This document shows, one piece after another, positions 59,558-64,000 of a stretch of 64,000 nucleotides of DNA. The notes beneath the pieces are model-generated. The model made no database searches and was not told where the DNA came from. It was given only the letters and a program-made list of their open reading frames with translations. Both the position numbers and the translations under genes were made by a program. The DNA lies in NCBI GenBank assembly GCA_964016885.1, contig OZ024766.1, positions 4,030,001-4,094,000 of the forward strand. The letters are read 5' to 3'. Every line of letters starts with the position of its first letter. Within the stretch, counting starts at the first letter, position 1. The DNA comes from Eledone cirrhosa. Its lineage: Eukaryota.

Positions 59558-60087
59558 CCGTATATGTATATATATATGTATATGTATAAATGTATATGCA
59601 TATATATACACGTATATGTATGTATATATACGTATATGTATATATACGTGTATGCGTATACGTATATATATATATATATATATACGTATATGTATATATG
59701 TATAAATATATATACCTATATGTATATTTATATATATTTGTATATATATATATATACACATATACATATACGTATATATATATATACATATACATATATA
59801 TACATGTTTAAACATGTATATATTCTAACACCCAGCACCACCACCACCATCGCCACCCTCAGTACCACCACCACCACCACCGCCACTAATCATTTCAACA
59901 CAAAATGCGTCATCACAGCCAGATCGATACATCACAGTGGAGGCTGTAATCTGATTGGCTGTTGTGACATTGACAGTGGGCGGGGTTACTGTCGTTAACC
60001 TCAATACACAAATGGTAGGCGTGTCTAACAATACTCCGCCCCTCTCCTCTTTTTTTCACTTCGTTTCACTGGAGCAGAAAATCAGCT

Positions 60088-60088
<1 letters not shown>

Positions 60089-60145
<57 letters not shown>

Positions 60146-60271
60146 ACTCTCTCTGTCTCTCTGTCTTTCTCTCTCTGTCTTTCGCTCTCTATCTTTCTCT
60201 CTCTCTCTCTCTCTCTGTCTGTCTTTCTCTCTCTCACTCCGTCTCCACCTCTCTCTCTCTCTCTCACCCCC

Positions 60272-60309
<38 letters not shown>

Positions 60310-60355
60310 CTTTCTCACCCCCTCTCTCTCTCACTCACTCTCTCTCTCTCACTCA

Positions 60356-60393
<38 letters not shown>

Positions 60394-60479
60394 GTCTTTC
60401 TCTCTCTCACTCCGTCTCCACCTCTCTCTCTCTCTCTCTCACTCCGTCTCCACCCCTCTCTCTCTCTCTCTCCGTCTCC

Positions 60480-60526
<47 letters not shown>

Positions 60527-60571
60527 CCCTCTCTCTCCCACTCCCTCTCTCGGTCTCTCTCTCTCTGTCTT

Positions 60572-60616
<45 letters not shown>

Positions 60617-60674
60617 TTCTCTCTGTCTTTCTCTCTCTCACTCCGTCTCCACCTCTCTCTCTCTCTCTCCCCCC

Positions 60675-60708
<34 letters not shown>

Positions 60709-60734
60709 GTCTTTCTCTCTCTCACTCCGTCTCC

Positions 60735-60780
<46 letters not shown>

Positions 60781-60786
60781 GTCTTC

Positions 60787-60822
<36 letters not shown>

Positions 60823-60831
60823 CTCCACCTC
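60089..60831. repeat. (CT)n-rich tract
   Basis: Direct inspection. Confidence 0.97.
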
Positions 60832-61031
60832 NNNNNNNNNNNNNNNNNNNNNNNNNNNNNNNNNNNNNNNNNNNNNNNNNNNNNNNNNNNNNNNNNNNNN
60901 NNNNNNNNNNNNNNNNNNNNNNNNNNNNNNNNNNNNNNNNNNNNNNNNNNNNNNNNNNNNNNNNNNNNNNNNNNNNNNNNNNNNNNNNNNNNNNNNNNNN
61001 NNNNNNNNNNNNNNNNNNNNNNNNNNNNNNN
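60832..61031. other. Assembly gap (200 N)
   Basis: Run of n; the round length suggests an unsized scaffold join. Confidence 0.99.
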
Positions 61032-61572
61032 CAAGGCCAGCAATTACCCCAGTGTATTACTGGTACTTTATTTTATCGACCCCGTAAGGATGAAAGGCAA
61101 AGTTATCCTCGGCGGGATTTGATCTCAGATCGTAAAGGGAACTGTGTTCAAATAATAATAACTGTTTCTACTTTAGGCACAAGGCCAGCAATTACCCCAG
61201 TGTATTACTGGTACTTTAGATATATAATAACTGTTTCTACTTTAGGCACAAGGCCAGCAATTACCCCAGTGTATTACTGGTAAATAATAATAATAATTGT
61301 TTCTACTTTTGGCACAAGGCCAGCAATTATCCCAGTGTATTACTGGTACTTTATTTTATCGACCCCGTAAGGATGAAAGGCAAAGTCAACCTCGGCGGGA
61401 TTTGAACTCAGATCGTAAAGGGACGTAACTCTATGCTGCAAAGCATGGCGTCCGACCCTCTACCGATACTGCCAATCCACCGCCCTTGTGTTCAAATAAT
61501 AATAACTGTTTCTACTTTAGGCACAAGGCCAGCAATTACCCCCGGTGTATTACTGGTAAATAATAATAATAA
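61032..61572 (-). mobile_element. Cluster of SINE family 1 copies and tail duplications
   Basis: Repeated tgtttctactttaggcacaaggccagcaattaccccagtgtattactggta; full copy about 61290-61484. Confidence 0.88.
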
Positions 61573-61598
61573 TTGTTATTTTCTGTTGTTGTTTGCAG

Positions 61599-61920
61599 GT
61601 ATTGTTCGCCCTCAACCAAACCCTTCGCCAGCACGAGACCTACCGCAAGAACAAGGTTGCCATGCCCTACACCACCGACCATCTCGTACAACAGTACAAC
61701 TGTGGAGATCTCAACTCCATCATTTTCAACCAGGACACCTCACAGTTTCCTAGCCTCGTCAATGCATCATTGCCACCACATGAACTACAAACAGCTAAAA
61801 CTATTGACAGCTATTTCCGCGACGAGCTCATACATAAGCGGAATCAAAGGATGGCCATGCGGGTGATCGATTTAATACAAACCCACCCGAAACAGAGTTT
61901 CTTCTTTGCCTTTGGTGCAG
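61599..61920 (+). CDS. TRABD2: Internal coding exon of a TIKI (TRABD2) TraB-family metalloprotease
   Basis: tttgcag acceptor, 322 nt, g|gtaaga donor; [53 protein letters not shown] matches vertebrate TIKI1/2. Confidence 0.95.
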
Positions 61921-61965
61921 GTAAGACATATTTTTTGTATTTATTTATTTATTTATTTATTTATT

Positions 61966-62008
<43 letters not shown>

Positions 62009-63112
62009 TACACACACTCACAAACACATACACCACACTCACACACTCACACATACACACACGCATTCACACACTCACACATACACACACGCATTCACAC
62101 ACTCACACATACACACACGCATTCACACACTCACACATACACACACATACACACGCATTCACACACACGCATTCACACACTCACACACACACATACACAC
62201 ACACATTCCCACATACACACACACACATTCACACATACACATGTACACACACACACATACACTCACACACATTCCCACATACACACACGCATTCACACGT
62301 ACACATGTACACACACATACACACTCACACACACTCACACACATTCCCACATACACACACATATTCACACATACACATGTACACACACACACACACACAT
62401 ACACTCACACACTCACACATACACACACGCATTCACACGTACACATGTACACACACATACACACTCACACACACTCACACATCATACACACATATATATA
62501 TGAAATTTTTTTGTCTACACAGGGTTAAAAAAAACCCCAAAAGAGTTGTATCCCTTACTTTAGCAAGGACAGAAGCGACCCTAACCATGCAACACATGTG
62601 TGTATATGTGTGTGTATGCCTGTATATATATATATGTGTGTATGCCTGTATATATATATATATGTGTGTATGCCTATATATATATATATGTGTGTAGCTG
62701 CTACTATGGGTTTCACGTTTCTGATAAGATCTAAATAAATGACAAACTGAGATATATGCAAGGAGTCTCTCTCTCCCCCCCCTCTCTCTCTCTCTCTCTC
62801 TCTCAAAAGAGGTGTATCCCTTATTTTAGCAAGGACAGAAGCGACCCTAACCATGCAATCGTAAAACTACATGCAGGAGTCTGAACGACAGGACACTTCT
62901 AATTGAGCCTACATGTTAAAACATATCTGAGGAGCTTCCGATTCCAGAATCAGGTTCGATCGTTAATAGATCGTTCGTAGTGCAGTGTGGTGCAGTGCGG
63001 TGCGGTGCGGTGGGTATGTGTGTGTTTGTATATGTGAGTGTATGTGTATGTATGCGTGAGTGTATCTATGTTTGTATATGTGTGTTTATGTATGTGTGTT
63101 TATGTATATGTG

Positions 63113-63510
63113 CCAACTAAACCGGCAACCCCCACCAAGCTTACTTGGTGAGGGGGGTGCTTTTGGACACCCTGCAGGACAAAAAACAAAACCTGACAAA
63201 GGGCGGAAGTACTCGTAAGAGTCAATGGCCATCGGAAAGTGTGTAAATATGTATATACACATGTACCGCGCGGTTAAACCACTGGGAGTGAAGGACCCCT
63301 AGCCTTTGTCAGGGCATTCTTCTAGGAGAAGGCAACTCAGGAAACTGGGATAACTCAGATATAAAACCTGCGGCTCAGTAGTTACCGATGATGTTGATCT
63401 TTTCTTCTTTTCGGGTTATAGCTACTGTCGCTCAGAGAGTGGGATTGGCTCAGTGCACAGTCTTTCCTCACTTTAAAATATATCTTCACACACAGGCATT
63501 GCACGATAGA
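63113..63510 (+). mobile_element. Diverged relative of the non-autonomous RTE-derived element
   Basis: actaaaccggcaacccccaccaagc...tagcctttgtcagggcattct..ctaggagaagg parallels 16074-16400. Confidence 0.7.
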
Positions 63511-63579
63511 ATTAATTAATAATTATTAATAATGGTATATCGTGCAATGGCCATACTCGATAACGAGGGGGCAGCTATC

Positions 63580-63612
<33 letters not shown>

Positions 63613-63650
63613 TGTATGTATGTATGTATGTATGTATGTATGTATGTATG

Positions 63651-64000
63651 CGGGAGAGATGACCCCTTAGCCTTTGTCAAGGCAGAATTCTAGGAGAAGG
63701 AAAACTCTGATATAACACCTGCAACCCTGATGGTATCCAATGATGTTGACTTATTCTTCTTTTTGGTAAATATCATCTTGGTTAAGAGAGTGGGACTGGC
63801 TTTGTACAGTGCCTTTGCTCACTATAAAAGCTTCACGGCACAGGCATTGCTTTATATCTGGAGATCTCTCTGCACTTGTCGTCACATAGTACCATGGGCC
63901 CAGCACTATGTGTCAATAATTGTCACAGGTGTAGTGTTTGTACCAGAGTTTTCAAGTCGCTGGCTGGACTAAACAGTCACACTCGTTCAGCGCATCGGTA
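63651..64000 (+). mobile_element. Non-autonomous RTE-derived element (runs off the window)
   Basis: Near-identical to 16201-16550. Confidence 0.88.

Noticed and set aside
61921-62528. Continuation of the 311-aa TIKI ORF
   Set aside because: Read-through past the GT donor into intronic (TTTA)n/(CA)n
62547-62858. 45-bp direct repeat pair (similar pair at 52694/52883)
   Set aside because: Local duplications around microsatellites; no coding or structural signal seen

Overview
Eukaryotic, microsatellite-saturated animal DNA; the repeat content ((TA)n/(CA)n seas, tRNA-derived SINEs) resembles an octopod cephalopod (inference). Almost all ORFs in the track are simple-repeat artefacts. Two real genes are visible on the + strand: a single-coding-exon TAL1/SCL-family bHLH gene (33353-35878, with a uORF just upstream) and one internal exon of a TIKI/TRABD2 Wnt-cleaving metalloprotease (61599-61920) just after a 200-N gap. 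The rest is SINEs, RTE/RTEX/Tx1-like LINE fragments, a TTAA-ended MITE and many TE-derived minisatellites. The most striking hidden layer is about 25 type-I hammerhead-ribozyme motifs from several sequence families. They show covarying stems, sit mostly in inverted-repeat (Penelope-like) islands within (TA)n tracts, and include a 7x130-bp tandem array with a U3-A8 core variant. All folds were read by eye; no searches were run.
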